Virus record (IMG/VR): IMGVR_UViG_3300033067_000803
Location: 1 to 38,830 of that record
DNA: 38,830 nt
Reading direction: 5' to 3' (one strand)
DNA from: a virus
Lineage: Duplodnaviria; Caudoviricetes
Of the stretch, positions 8,938 through 19,100 are shown one piece after another. A program made the position numbers and the translations under genes. The stretch's first letter is position 1, and each line of letters begins with the position of its first letter. Below the pieces are notes generated by a model that was not told the DNA's origin, searched no databases, and saw nothing but the letters and a program-made list of their open reading frames with translations.

Positions 8938-9420
8938 ATGGGACGGAAGAAGATCATGCTGGATGACTTGAGCGGCTGGGCTCGTGAACAGGTAGAACGG
9001 AAGCTTGGCATAAATCGCGCAGGAACGCAGGGGGCTGGCAAGAACGGCTCATCATGTGCACCGATACCTGCCGATGGCAGGAAGGCGGCAATACGCTCGA
9101 CTGTGAGCGGTCCGAACAAGACGGAGGCAGACTACAACCGCCGCCATCTTTCAGGGGCCGGACTTTATGAGGCCGTGACGCTCCGGCTTCCTGGAGGATC
9201 GCGCTATACGCCTGACTTCATGACTATTGATCAATCAGGCCGTGTGACCTTTCACGAGGTCAAGGGCTCCTACCGTCTGCACTCCCATGGGCGGGCAAGG
9301 ACTGCTTTCAGGGAATGCGCTGCGGCATTCGCCATGTTCGGGTGGGTATGGGCCGTCAGACAGAAAGACGGGACCTATCAGATTGACATTATCAAAACGG
9401 CTAATGGCATGGAGGTTTAA
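8938..9420 (+). CDS. PD-(D/E)XK endonuclease (DUF1064/resolvase-like)
   Basis: YEAVTLRL...RYTPDF...FHEVKG; SD GGAGGT. Confidence 0.75.
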   Translation: MGRKKIMLDDLSGWAREQVERKLGINRAGTQGAGKNGSSCAPIPADGRKAAIRSTVSGPNKTEADYNRRHLSGAGLYEAVTLRLPGGSRYTPDFMTIDQSGRVTFHEVKGSYRLHSHGRARTAFRECAAAFAMFGWVWAVRQKDGTYQIDIIKTANGMEV

Positions 9421-9421
9421 G

Positions 9422-9832
9422 ATGCTTTGTCACGCTTGCGAACACAACGGAAAAGGGAGTAAGGCTTGCCTGACTTGCAAGGATACCTGCAAACTGCAAT
9501 ACAACAAGGGTCGCACCCATGTCTCGCTTGACGCTGAATCCGGCAATATGTCGGAGGCGGCCAGGGCAGCAAGGAACGCCGCTCTAAGTCGGTCGAAGTT
9601 CGACCTGCGCAGATACCTTCCTGACTGCTGCGCCTCCACAGCCGAAATGCTGATTTACCTGTTTACGGAGCTGGACGAGCATCAGCTTTGCCTAGTCATG
9701 TCCGTTTTACGTGGTGAAACACTGACGGATTACGCGAAGCGCAAGCGCGTTTCAGTCCCTTCGGTGTCACAGATGCTGAAACGGATCGTTGCCGGACACC
9801 CTAATCTTGAATTTTTGAGGGAAATGATATGA
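9422..9832 (+). CDS. Cys-rich protein with C-terminal sigma-region-4-like HTH; candidate late transcription regulator
   Basis: CHAC..CLTC..C N-terminus, GETLTDYAKRKRVSVPSVSQMLKRI HTH; last gene before the terminase genes. Confidence 0.6.
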   Translation: MLCHACEHNGKGSKACLTCKDTCKLQYNKGRTHVSLDAESGNMSEAARAARNAALSRSKFDLRRYLPDCCASTAEMLIYLFTELDEHQLCLVMSVLRGETLTDYAKRKRVSVPSVSQMLKRIVAGHPNLEFLREMI

Positions 9833-10185
9833 GAAGGAAGCAACTGAAGGTTACTGATAAGCAGATCGCCCTTGCGCTTGAGAAGACAGGCGGAGTGGTG
9901 CTCTATGCTGCCGAGGCCCTTGGGGTCCACCGCAATACGATCCACCTGCGCATGAACATGAACGAGAGTCTGCGCAGGATCGCATCAGATTGCGTTGAGG
10001 ACAATCTTGACAAGTGCGAACACTGGGTTGCAAAGTATATCGCAGAAGGCGACAAGGATATGATCCGATACTACCTGAACAACAAGGGGAGGTCACGCGG
10101 GTACAGTCCAAGAGTCGACCTCGGTGTACCTCCGAACATCGATCCACCGTCAATCATCGATGACATACCGCCATGCCAGACATAA
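9829..10185 (+). CDS. terS: Terminase small subunit (Fis-like HTH)
   Basis: ALEKTGG...AAEALGVHRNT HTH, GD..MIRYYL..KGRSRGY; overlaps terL. Confidence 0.75.
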   Translation: MRRKQLKVTDKQIALALEKTGGVVLYAAEALGVHRNTIHLRMNMNESLRRIASDCVEDNLDKCEHWVAKYIAEGDKDMIRYYLNNKGRSRGYSPRVDLGVPPNIDPPSIIDDIPPCQT

Positions 10186-11411
10186 ATCTAAGCGACGTTA
10201 TTGCGCCCTCTTTCTTTTCTGTCCACCAGGCCGTTAAAAGGAACGCCCATCAGCATTTCATGCTTGCTGGCGGTCGCGGTTCTACCAAGTCCTCGTTCGT
10301 GTCGATTGAAATTATCATGCTTATATGCCGGAATCCCGGCATGCATGCTGTCTGCTTCAGGAAGGTTGGCAATTCAGTCCGTGAATCCGTGTTCAATCAG
10401 ATGAAGTGGGCTATTTCAGCCCTCGGCATGGAAGCGTACTGGAAAGAGAAGGCCTCCCCTCTTCAACTGACATACATCCCGACAGGCCAGAAGATATTTT
10501 TCAGGGGCCTTGACGATGCTCACAAAGCCAAGTCCCTGAAGATGCCATTCGGGTATGTTGGTGTCACATGGTTTGAGGAACTTGACCAATTCGACGGCAT
10601 GAACGAAATACGCACGGTTTTGCAGACAACCATGCGCGGTGGCGAGAAGTTCTGGAACTTCATGAGCTTCAACCCGCCGAACACGGCAAGCAACTGGGTC
10701 AACTCTGAATTCAGGCAGCCTGTAAACAACAGGCTCACGCACACTTCAACATATCTTGACGTTCCACGGCATTGGCTCGGAGAGCAGTTTATCATTGAGG
10801 CCGAACTACTAAAGGCCACGAACGAGCTTGCCTATCGGCATGAGTACCTTGGTGAGGTCACAGGTACAGGCGGGACGATATTCACTAACCTGACATCCAG
10901 GAAGATAACCGATGCCGAAATAAAGGCATTCTGCAACCAGCGCGAGGGGCTTGACTGGGGCTATGCGACCGATCCTTTCTGCTGGATTCGCATCAACTAC
11001 GACAAGACAAGGCGCACGGTCTACATTTATGACGAGGTTTACGGAATGGGGCTGCTGAATGACGCGGCTGCGACTCGGATCAAGGCCAAAGGTCGCGGGG
11101 CTCCTGTCATCATCGCGGACAGCGCGGAGCCAAAGAGCATAGCCGATCTCCGGCGCGAAGGATTGAACGTGCGCGGGGCCGTCAAGGGCAAGGGCTCTGT
11201 TGAGCACGGTATCAAGAATCTACAATCCATGCATGCAATCGTGATTGATCCTGAAAAGACACCCAACGCATGGCGAGAGTTCAGCCTCTATGAGTTTGCC
11301 AAAGGGAAAGACGGAAATTTCAGGGCTGAATATCCTGATGCCAACAATCACACAATCGACGCTGCACGTTACGCCATGGAGTCAAGCGCGGGGTCCGGAT
11401 TGCTGATGTAA
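10173..11411 (+). CDS. terL: Terminase large subunit, PBSX family
   Basis: GGRGSTKS Walker A, WFEELDQF, SFNPP, YRHEYLG, GLDWG..DP, ADSAEPKSI, NHTIDAARY. Confidence 0.96.
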   Translation: MPDINLSDVIAPSFFSVHQAVKRNAHQHFMLAGGRGSTKSSFVSIEIIMLICRNPGMHAVCFRKVGNSVRESVFNQMKWAISALGMEAYWKEKASPLQLTYIPTGQKIFFRGLDDAHKAKSLKMPFGYVGVTWFEELDQFDGMNEIRTVLQTTMRGGEKFWNFMSFNPPNTASNWVNSEFRQPVNNRLTHTSTYLDVPRHWLGEQFIIEAELLKATNELAYRHEYLGEVTGTGGTIFTNLTSRKITDAEIKAFCNQREGLDWGYATDPFCWIRINYDKTRRTVYIYDEVYGMGLLNDAAATRIKAKGRGAPVIIADSAEPKSIADLRREGLNVRGAVKGKGSVEHGIKNLQSMHAIVIDPEKTPNAWREFSLYEFAKGKDGNFRAEYPDANNHTIDAARYAMESSAGSGLLM

Positions 11412-11434
11412 TTTGCCTGTTCTAACACATCGGC

Positions 11435-11453
11435 ACTGGCAACGGTTGCCAGT
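11435..11453. promoter_or_regulatory. Palindromic parS/operator-like site, copy 3 (intergenic)
   Basis: ACTGGCAACGGTTGCCAGT, identical to the cores at 1532 and 1634. Confidence 0.7.
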
Positions 11454-11522
11454 CGTTTTGTCGCAAGTAGTTGAAAATCAAGGCAACCTTAAAAAACAGA
11501 CCTCATTTTTTGAGCGGTGCGT

Positions 11523-11541
11523 GTTTAACTTTTGGCTATTG
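11523..11541 (+). promoter_or_regulatory. Putative late promoter GTTWA-N5-YGGCTATTG (portal)
   Basis: GTTTA ACTTT TGGCTATTG, with ATG 2 nt later; one of five copies. Confidence 0.65.
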
Positions 11542-11543
11542 AC

Positions 11544-13058
11544 ATGAAAGATTTGATCTTGTCAAGAAGTCACGCCGTTTACTCCTCACGCAAACCGCAG
11601 ATCGCGTTAAACGCAATCGCCTTCAGGGGTGGCCGTAAATACGTTGATTCTCGCCTGTGGAGGCAGCCGAACGAGACAGACCTGTCATGGACTGGAAAGA
11701 CATCCACGGAAATAACGGTAGTCGGAACGGTCGGGCGTAAGGAGCGGGCCTGCTGCGTGAACGATGCCGGACGGGTGGCAAACAAGATTTCGCAGTACCT
11801 GTTTAAGAACAAGGCCAAGCGCGAGGGAATAAACGAGGCGTTTGAGCAGGATTGCACAGGGACAGGCACGAGCATCACCTCTTTCTGGATGGACGTATGC
11901 GACCAAATCACCACGTGCCAATGGTGCTGGGTCCAGGTTGATTATCTCGGGCAGGCGACCACGCTTGCCGAGAAGATGAAAAGCAAGGGCATCGTCTGGC
12001 GGCTATGGAACGCCCTTTCGGTTCCTGACTGGCGTTTCGGATCGGACGGCAAGCTTGACTGGATAATCCTTGAGTCATACGTCTACGGGAATGAAAACCC
12101 GACCGTTGCCGCAGAGTCACACAGGATACGCACACTATTCCGGCGCATGGAAGGAAAGGTTTACTGCTGGGAATTCTCCGAAAACGCTTCTTACAAGGGC
12201 GAGCTACGCAACGGCGAGCAGGTTGTAGGCTATACTGAAATCCCGTTCATTCTCATTGGCAAGATTTCCGATGATGGCTGGTGGTTTGACGATATTGAGA
12301 ACATGCAGGCGCAGTGCATGAACCTGGACAGCCTGAACAACGAGAATTTGAGCAAGGGGAGTTATCCCCAGCTTGTTATCCCTCCTTCAATGGTCGAAGC
12401 TCTTGAAATGAAGATCGTGAACATGAGTGGCACGACCAACGGTAAGGTTGACTATGGCGTGATACGCGAGCTTGTGCGCGGTCTAGAGTTCCCGTTCATT
12501 GAAGCAGCCGAGGAAAAGGGCGTATGCCGCTATATCTATCCAGGCAGTGACCTTACCAAGAGCATCCCAGAGGAACTGACGCGCAAACGCTCACTGCTTT
12601 TCGACACTGCCGGACTGGCCTTGTTCAACAAGGAGTCGCGCCAGATGCAGACCGCAGAAAGCAAGCAGTTCGACCACCTTGACACGGCTTCTACGCTGTC
12701 CAACCGCGCCTTGCTGATGCAGGAGGCAGAGGTAAGGCTTGTCGCCATGTCCAAGGCTATAGACCGCGATTTCAAAGAGTACTCGCCCGTATGGCCCCAG
12801 GACTTCTCAATTGTCGACGTGACACAGATGACTGCGGCGATCATGCAGGTTGGAAATCAGCCTGACCTTACGCCGTCAATGCGCAAGATGGTTCTTGTTG
12901 CCGGGGTCCGCATGCTCGAGGAGACCTGCAAGTTTGACAGCGACCTTGTAAACGAGGCAATGAAGGAAATTGCAGAGATGACCGTTGATGTTAATGACAC
13001 GGCTATTGATACGAGTACTGTTACAGACACGAAACCGAAAGAGGACGTTAAAGTATGA
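11544..13058 (+). CDS. Portal protein
   Basis: About 500 aa between terL and scaffold; IPFILI and QTAESKQFD segments typical of portals. Confidence 0.8.
   Translation: MKDLILSRSHAVYSSRKPQIALNAIAFRGGRKYVDSRLWRQPNETDLSWTGKTSTEITVVGTVGRKERACCVNDAGRVANKISQYLFKNKAKREGINEAFEQDCTGTGTSITSFWMDVCDQITTCQWCWVQVDYLGQATTLAEKMKSKGIVWRLWNALSVPDWRFGSDGKLDWIILESYVYGNENPTVAAESHRIRTLFRRMEGKVYCWEFSENASYKGELRNGEQVVGYTEIPFILIGKISDDGWWFDDIENMQAQCMNLDSLNNENLSKGSYPQLVIPPSMVEALEMKIVNMSGTTNGKVDYGVIRELVRGLEFPFIEAAEEKGVCRYIYPGSDLTKSIPEELTRKRSLLFDTAGLALFNKESRQMQTAESKQFDHLDTASTLSNRALLMQEAEVRLVAMSKAIDRDFKEYSPVWPQDFSIVDVTQMTAAIMQVGNQPDLTPSMRKMVLVAGVRMLEETCKFDSDLVNEAMKEIAEMTVDVNDTAIDTSTVTDTKPKEDVKV
12990..13008 (+). promoter_or_regulatory. 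Putative late promoter (scaffold/capsid)
   Basis: GTTAA TGACA CGGCTATTG inside the portal 3' end. Confidence 0.55.
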
Positions 13059-13687
13059 AGATCAAAGACATTTTAAGCAAGGTCATCAAGGGCGAGGCGT
13101 TGACGGATGCCGAAAAGCAGTTCCTGACTGAATACGACGCTGACAAGGCCGTCAACGATGCTCGCACGGAGCTTGAGAAGAAGCTTAAAGCCGCAGAGGA
13201 CAAGGCCAAGGAGCTTGAGGCAGAGGCTGGCAAGGCGAAAGGTGCTGACGCGACTGTTGCGGCCTTGCAGAAGAAGGTTGACGAGCTCATGAAGAAGAAC
13301 GCTGACGTTGAAGCCAAGGAGAAATCCCGCGCACGTATGGACGCGATCAAGGCGAAGGCAGCGGAAAAAGGCGTATCACCTCTTGACGGTTTCAGCGAGA
13401 AGACTTTCGAGGCTCTTCTTGACCGCGCAATTGGCGAGGTTGACGTGTCCAACGCGACCGCGCTTGACGCTGCTCTCGAGGCGTTCAAGACTGACAACGC
13501 CGTGATTATCAAGGCGCAGTCCGGGACCACGACCGCAGTCAAGGGCAACCCAAATCCCGCTCCGTCAGCCGGACCGAATCCTTTCAAGAAGGAAACTTTC
13601 AACCTGACCAAGCAGATTGAATTGCAGTCGGCCAATCCTACCGAGGCCAAACGTCTGGCGACTGAAGCAGGCGTGACAATCGAATAA
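13055..13687 (+). CDS. Capsid scaffolding protein
   Basis: Lys/Glu/Ala coiled coil with C-terminal NPFKKETFNLTKQ..L...NP..A..LA motif; directly precedes the capsid gene. Confidence 0.85.
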   Translation: MKIKDILSKVIKGEALTDAEKQFLTEYDADKAVNDARTELEKKLKAAEDKAKELEAEAGKAKGADATVAALQKKVDELMKKNADVEAKEKSRARMDAIKAKAAEKGVSPLDGFSEKTFEALLDRAIGEVDVSNATALDAALEAFKTDNAVIIKAQSGTTTAVKGNPNPAPSAGPNPFKKETFNLTKQIELQSANPTEAKRLATEAGVTIE

Positions 13688-13724
13688 TGATGTTGTTGGT
13701 TAAAACACAAAAAGGAGAACACAC

Positions 13725-14711
13725 ATGGCAGCAGCTATGAAAATCGCGGATGTCGTAACGAATACGGCTTTCGCAAAATATTTCCGTCAGAAATTGGCGG
13801 AAAAGTCCGCGCTTATCCGCAGTGGCGTCGTTTCGTCCGATCCGGCCCTTGCTGCTCTTATCGCGGCTAACGGCGGCGTGGGAGGTACCACGATCAACCT
13901 TCCTTTCTGGAACGATATCACGGGTACTGACGAGGTTTTGAGCGAAACAGTCGCTTTGACTCCTGCGAAGATTACTGCTGGACAGGACGTTGCAGTGTGC
14001 CTCCGTCGTGGCAAGGCATGGTCCGTTTCCGACCTGGCCGCAGATTTCGCATGTGACGATCCTGTTGCGGCAATCGCAGACCGGATCGCAGAGTACTGGG
14101 CTCGCCGCCGCCAGGCTTCCGTGTTCAGCGTCCTCAAGGGCGTGTTCGCGGACAACGTGGCGAATGACGCTGCTGACCTGGTTCTCGACATCTCCGGCGA
14201 GGTTGGGGATGACGCTGTTCTGAACAAGAACACGCTGAACATGGGCGCACAGAAGCTTGGTGATGCCAAGGAACTGCTCGTCGCGGTCGCCATGCACTCC
14301 ATGGCCGAAGCCCGCCTGAATGAGGTCGGTGGATCGTCCTATGTCGCACGTGCGGCTGACAATCCCGCGTCACTCTCGCGCTACAACGGTCGCGCAATCA
14401 TCATGGATGATTCGGTTCCGTATGACGCTGCAACGGGTATTGCCACGATCTACCTGTTCGGCGCAGGGGCTATCGCACTGAACGATGTGCCCAGCAAGGT
14501 TCCGTTCGAGGCAGGCCGTGACATCCTGTCGAGCATGGACGTGCTGGCATCGCGCAATGCGTGGATCGCCCACGTTCGCGGCATCAAGTGGAAGGGAACC
14601 GCCGCTGGCGCAACCCCGACCAATGCGGAGCTCGAAGCCGCCGCAAGCTGGGATCGCGTGTACGAGCAGAAGGCCGTCCGCGCTGTCGCGATCAAGTGCA
14701 AGATCGCTTAA
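13725..14711 (+). CDS. Major capsid protein
   Basis: GGTTINLPFWND, RGKAWS..DLA, DP..AIA.RIAEYW, TPTNAEL..AASW.RVYE.K; strong SD AAGGAG. Confidence 0.9.
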   Translation: MAAAMKIADVVTNTAFAKYFRQKLAEKSALIRSGVVSSDPALAALIAANGGVGGTTINLPFWNDITGTDEVLSETVALTPAKITAGQDVAVCLRRGKAWSVSDLAADFACDDPVAAIADRIAEYWARRRQASVFSVLKGVFADNVANDAADLVLDISGEVGDDAVLNKNTLNMGAQKLGDAKELLVAVAMHSMAEARLNEVGGSSYVARAADNPASLSRYNGRAIIMDDSVPYDAATGIATIYLFGAGAIALNDVPSKVPFEAGRDILSSMDVLASRNAWIAHVRGIKWKGTAAGATPTNAELEAAASWDRVYEQKAVRAVAIKCKIA

Positions 14712-14748
14712 TCTGGCATGGCTTAGCCCGGATAACCACGTATCATAG

Positions 14749-14778
14749 GGGCGTGGTTGTCTGGGCGGCCATCCTTTT
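14749..14778 (+). terminator. Weak intrinsic terminator/attenuator after the capsid gene
   Basis: GTGGTTGT-CTGG-GCGGCCAT stem (several G-U pairs) followed by CCTTTT. Confidence 0.4.
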
Positions 14779-14803
14779 AGAAAAAGAAAAACGGAGAAAC
14801 GAC

Positions 14804-15247
14804 ATGAAGAAGGTTTTAGCTTTATTCTGCGCAGTTTGCGCAATTGCAGCCATTACGACGCTCGCCGTCGACCTGGTTGGTTCTGATGTTTCCACCAAGA
14901 CTGCTACCTTGACGGGTACCAGTGCCGTGAGCGAGACGTTTATTGGCGGGCGCACTGTCAACTCGTCCCCGTACATGATTCGCGTCTGGAACGCGAGCAA
15001 GTCAGGTGACGGTACGGCAGACGCTGGAACGGTAAAGGTCGAGGGGCTTCTTACCAATCCAGATGCCACGGTACGAACTAACCTGTTCTGCACCTACACG
15101 GTCAGCTCGGGCGTTCTTACCAATTCGCTTATCCCAATCGACCTTTCAAAAATCGTCATGAAGGGCGAAACCGTAAAGGTAACATTCTCGACTGCTACGA
15201 ATGCGACCTATACAATCGGGTTCATGACGTACGGCAGGAAGGAGTAA
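14804..15247 (+). CDS. Signal-peptide-bearing beta-rich protein at the capsid-decoration position
   Basis: SD GGAG; MKKVLALFCAVCAIAAITTLA signal-like N-terminus. Confidence 0.7.
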   Translation: MKKVLALFCAVCAIAAITTLAVDLVGSDVSTKTATLTGTSAVSETFIGGRTVNSSPYMIRVWNASKSGDGTADAGTVKVEGLLTNPDATVRTNLFCTYTVSSGVLTNSLIPIDLSKIVMKGETVKVTFSTATNATYTIGFMTYGRKE

Positions 15248-15250
15248 GCC

Positions 15251-15655
15251 ATGTCCGATCCCGTCAAAGATAAGGCTGCACAGCCTGAAGGCGTTCCGGT
15301 GCGCGATCCGATCAAGGATGCTATCCGGAAGAGCAACGAGGCTAACCGCGCACGGCAGCGTAAAGCAGCCGAACTTGCGGCGGGGCCGATTGTTGCCGAA
15401 CTCAACGCCCGCATTGCGGAGCTTGAGTCCGAAAAGGCTACTCTTGCAGAAACCTGCAAGGCTGTCCAGGACAGTAATGAAGCCTTACGGTCCGCAAACG
15501 TTGGTCTCACCGAGAGAGTCAACGAGCTCGGCAAGGAAAATACGGCGTTGAGCGTCCGCATTGCGGAGCTTGAGTCCGAAAAGGATGAAAATCCAGATGG
15601 CGATTTGCCACCTTCGGAGCCGGAAAAAGCGAAGGGCCGTAAAAAGGTCCAATAG
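15251..15655 (+). CDS. Coiled-coil hypothetical protein
   Basis: SD AAGGAG; RIAELESEK occurs twice. Confidence 0.75.
   Translation: MSDPVKDKAAQPEGVPVRDPIKDAIRKSNEANRARQRKAAELAAGPIVAELNARIAELESEKATLAETCKAVQDSNEALRSANVGLTERVNELGKENTALSVRIAELESEKDENPDGDLPPSEPEKAKGRKKVQ
15409..15584 (+). repeat. 29-bp exact direct repeat (15409-15437, 15556-15584)
   Basis: CCGCATTGCGGAGCTTGAGTCCGAAAAGG, 147 bp apart, in frame. Confidence 0.9.
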
Positions 15656-15678
15656 CGGTATGCTTCTTTGAGAACAAC

Positions 15679-15720
15679 AACGGCGGGTTTCGGGTCTTTC
15701 CCGTCTCCCGCCGTTTTTAT
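15679..15720 (+). terminator. Intrinsic terminator
   Basis: AACGGCGGG...CCCGCCGTT stem followed by a T run. Confidence 0.7.
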
Positions 15721-15732
15721 TGGAGTAAAGAT

Positions 15733-16110
15733 ATGGCTATCGACATCAATGGTGCAGGGACGTATTTCCTTGGTCACTCCAAGGCTACAATCTGGGCGCA
15801 GTATTCACAGGCGCAGAAGATAGGAGCAATCGCACAGGCCAAACGTGAGCTTTCCCGCGAGCTCGGGCGTGTGATGGTTGAAACAGAGGCTGCCTATCAG
15901 CAGGGCGACACGACACGGGACGAGTATGCGGTATATGAACAGGCAATCCACCTCCTTGGTAAGACGGGGAAGGCAATGACAGGTATTGGCGCGATTCCGT
16001 CTTTGAAGGGCAAGGCTGAAACGCCAGTAAAGCAAAACAACTCCAAGTTTTCTGATGACTGTCTGCGGTGGCTCGGTGTCCGCATGGGCGTTCTAATGGT
16101 CAGGGGGTAA
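15733..16110 (+). CDS. Head-tail adaptor/connector
   Basis: A.TYF...W...QK..A.AQA, AVYEQAIHL, ends VRG; size and position fit. Confidence 0.7.
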   Translation: MAIDINGAGTYFLGHSKATIWAQYSQAQKIGAIAQAKRELSRELGRVMVETEAAYQQGDTTRDEYAVYEQAIHLLGKTGKAMTGIGAIPSLKGKAETPVKQNNSKFSDDCLRWLGVRMGVLMVRG

Positions 16111-16113
16111 AAC

Positions 16114-19100
16114 ATGACTCCTCGTCAAAAGCGTCTGGCCATGGAACTTCGCAAGTATGAGGCCGGAACAAACACGGCATTGATGAAGGTCTTGAAAAAG
16201 GCAATCATCAATGTGCGTTCGTCAATATCCGGTAAGCTTGCTGAACTTGGAAATGCGGCAACAAACTCGAAGGCCCGAGAACAGGCCATACAGGCCGCTG
16301 TAGACGCTCTTGAGAAAATGCAGGAGTCTATGTCATCCCACCTGAAAAGCCTCACAGACGTGGCAGCACGCAACGCTCATGACGATGCCACGGAGGAGCT
16401 TAAAGAGTCAGGCAAGAAAGACCTTGTCCAGTATGATCCTGCGAGGTCTGAACGTTACATATCCTATCTTGCCCCGCGTAATGCGGAAAGGCTGGCGGCT
16501 GTATTCACGGACAAGATGCAGGAGAACCTTGTCCGCACACTGCGTTTCGCATACATCGATGTTGCCAGGAAGGCGGCTGTTGAGGGGTTGACACATGCCG
16601 AGGTCAATAAGGAGCTACAGGACCGCTGGCAGAAGGATAGCGGCAACGAAAGCCTTTACAGGTTCGTCGACAAGTCTGGACGTGCATGGGAGAACGCCCG
16701 TTACTTCCAGATGCTCGTGAGAACGAACGCCCAGCGAGTATGGACTGACAGCTATTGCGACTCCCTTGCATCGAATGGCTTCAAATTGGCTCGTATCAGC
16801 GACGATGGGGACCCGGACTGCCCGATTTGCTCGGCATGGGAAGGCCGCATTGTCTGTGTCGCAGGAAAACAGAAGGGATTCCCGACCTATGCTGACGCAC
16901 AGGAGGCTGGCGTATTCCATCCGAATTGCACCCATAGGCTTAGATACATCGATGAGACAATAGACGCTGACGAGATCGCCTTGCAAGCAAAACACCCTCC
17001 GTCAGACATGTCCAAGGAAGCCATGCAGGAGCAGAAAGACAAGATCGATGTGCAGAGGTATGTCAGTCAGGGGCAAAATGCGAATGAAGCCAAGGTGTCT
17101 GTTGCAGCAGACCGTCTTAGCCGCAATATCAGGTCAGGTCTTTTCAGTGATGAACTGGCAACCGTTGCCAGTCAACTGCCTAAGGATGTGCTAAGGAAGA
17201 TGTTTGATAACGGGATGATACCGCGCTTTTCTGTAGCCAAGAAGGAAGACGAGCCATGGAGCAAGATGCGCGGTGTTTTGTTGATCCCGAAGGATGCAAC
17301 GCCGGAGGAGCTTTACTTTAAGCTTGGAGGCGGTTCAGAATTCACCAAGCAGGTGGCCGTTAAACCCGTAGAACCTCAAAAGAAGCGTGATTTATTCCCA
17401 GAAAGCGTGAACGGACTCAAAACTGTGCGCGATCTTGGAGGGTCTACTGGCGCGAAGCTTGTTGAGGACGATCTTGGTAACAGGTTTGTCATGAAGCGTG
17501 GCGCATCGCCGGAGCATCTGCGCAGCGAGTGTGACGCTGATGCCGCCTATATCGCCGCAGGAGTAGCCGTGCCGGAATTCAGGCTTTATGAAGATTCTGG
17601 CACACCTGTGAAGCTTTCACGCTTCATTGATGAGGCAAAAACGTTGTCAGCATTGAGCAAGGATGAACGCGAGACTGTCTACAATCAGCTTCGAAAAGAC
17701 TTCCATGTTGACGTGCTTCTCGGGAACTGGGACGTTCTTGGACTTGGCATGGATAACGTGCTGGTTGACAAAAACGGTAAGGCGTGGAGAATTGACAACG
17801 GCGGGGCTCTCGGATTCCGTGCCCAGGGCGAGAAAAAAGACAAGGAAGACTGGGAAGCCGGATGGATTGACGATGTGTGGTCCATGCGCAACCTTCACCC
17901 GGACAGCAAAAAGGCCAACGCGAACCTTGGTTCTGCGTTTGGATCGGTTCCGACTGTTAAACTCGTGAAGGCAATACGTGATGGCAAGTTTGAAGGCCTT
18001 CTCGAGAAGCTTCCTGAAAAGGATAAGGCTATTATCCGTGAACGCATCAAGGAAGCTACCCAGCTCGCAGACAGAGGTGAGCAGTTCGAGGCAAGCGGAT
18101 ATGAGGGAGGCTATACTGACAAGGTTCTATGGCACTCGTATGCGTTGAGCAAGGAAGGTTTCCGCGAGGAAGCTAAACTAAACGTTGGCGAGGACAATTA
18201 CGGGTTCTATCGGTCCGGAGGTTCAACGCGGCCCATTTCACAGACGCATGCCAATGTGACGGCTGATATCCTCGGGGCTGTCAAGACTATCAATTTCCAC
18301 CTTTCAAAGGGCGACAAGGATTTCAACCAGTCGAAGATAGATGCAGCGTTGAGCCATGGCAAGCTGATTGAAAAGGCTGTCGCGGAAGGATGGAAGAATG
18401 CAGCAGAGGCCGCAGCAGCTATCAAGATGATTCAGGACACGGTAGCCAGAAAGAACAAGGCCGAAATTGGCAAGTTCACGGCAACGTCACTTGAACCTCA
18501 ATCGGTAGAAACCGTCAAGATCGGTGAAAAAGGCAAGGCCCCGAGAACATATACAAGCCTGACAGACCATATTCATGACTACATGCGTAGAAACGGAGCC
18601 GATCCAAGCATTATCGTGAAATGGCAGCAGGCGCAGGGCGGTAATTCATGGAATGACGCGGCAGTCAAGTTTAAGATAGCCCAGGAGAGCACACGCCTGG
18701 TTGATGAAAAATTCACATGGCATGGTGAAGGTGTCAGCAAGCCTGAAACCAATTACAAGGCTGCAAAGAAAACATCTGAAGCGGTTATGAACAAGATTAT
18801 TGAGGCAAAGGCCGCCTACCAGAGCGCAATTGTTCTATGCCTCGAAAATTCAACCTTCAGTCATAACGACAGGTCTAAAAGGACGGTTTACCTATCAAGA
18901 ACTGAAAAGGATACGGTTATACGCAAGTATGGAATCAAGGTAGGTGAATCAAGCGACTACCAGCGTGGAGCTTCAGAAAGCCACGGCGTGTTTAAAACCG
19001 TTGTCGTTGAGGGTGACTGCCTTACTGTTGGTGAGGTCCCATACTCTAATATCCTCGGTTTCTACATGCTTGAGCGTGAGCCTGGAAACATGGTCCCGTC

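Noticed and set aside
13048-14843. Long antisense and alternate-frame ORFs over scaffold and capsid genes (similar ones elsewhere, e.g. 34168..34815 and 37377..38096)
   Set aside because: Shadow ORFs from codon bias of the real genes; no motifs or SD sites. The 14561 start is likewise an upstream extension of the real 14804 gene.
15724-15745. Sixth late-promoter copy (AGTAA-N5-TGGCTATCG-AC-A)
   Set aside because: Poor upstream box and it overlaps an SD-led ATG, so it is more simply the codons M-A-I-D. Not fully excluded, since it follows a terminator.
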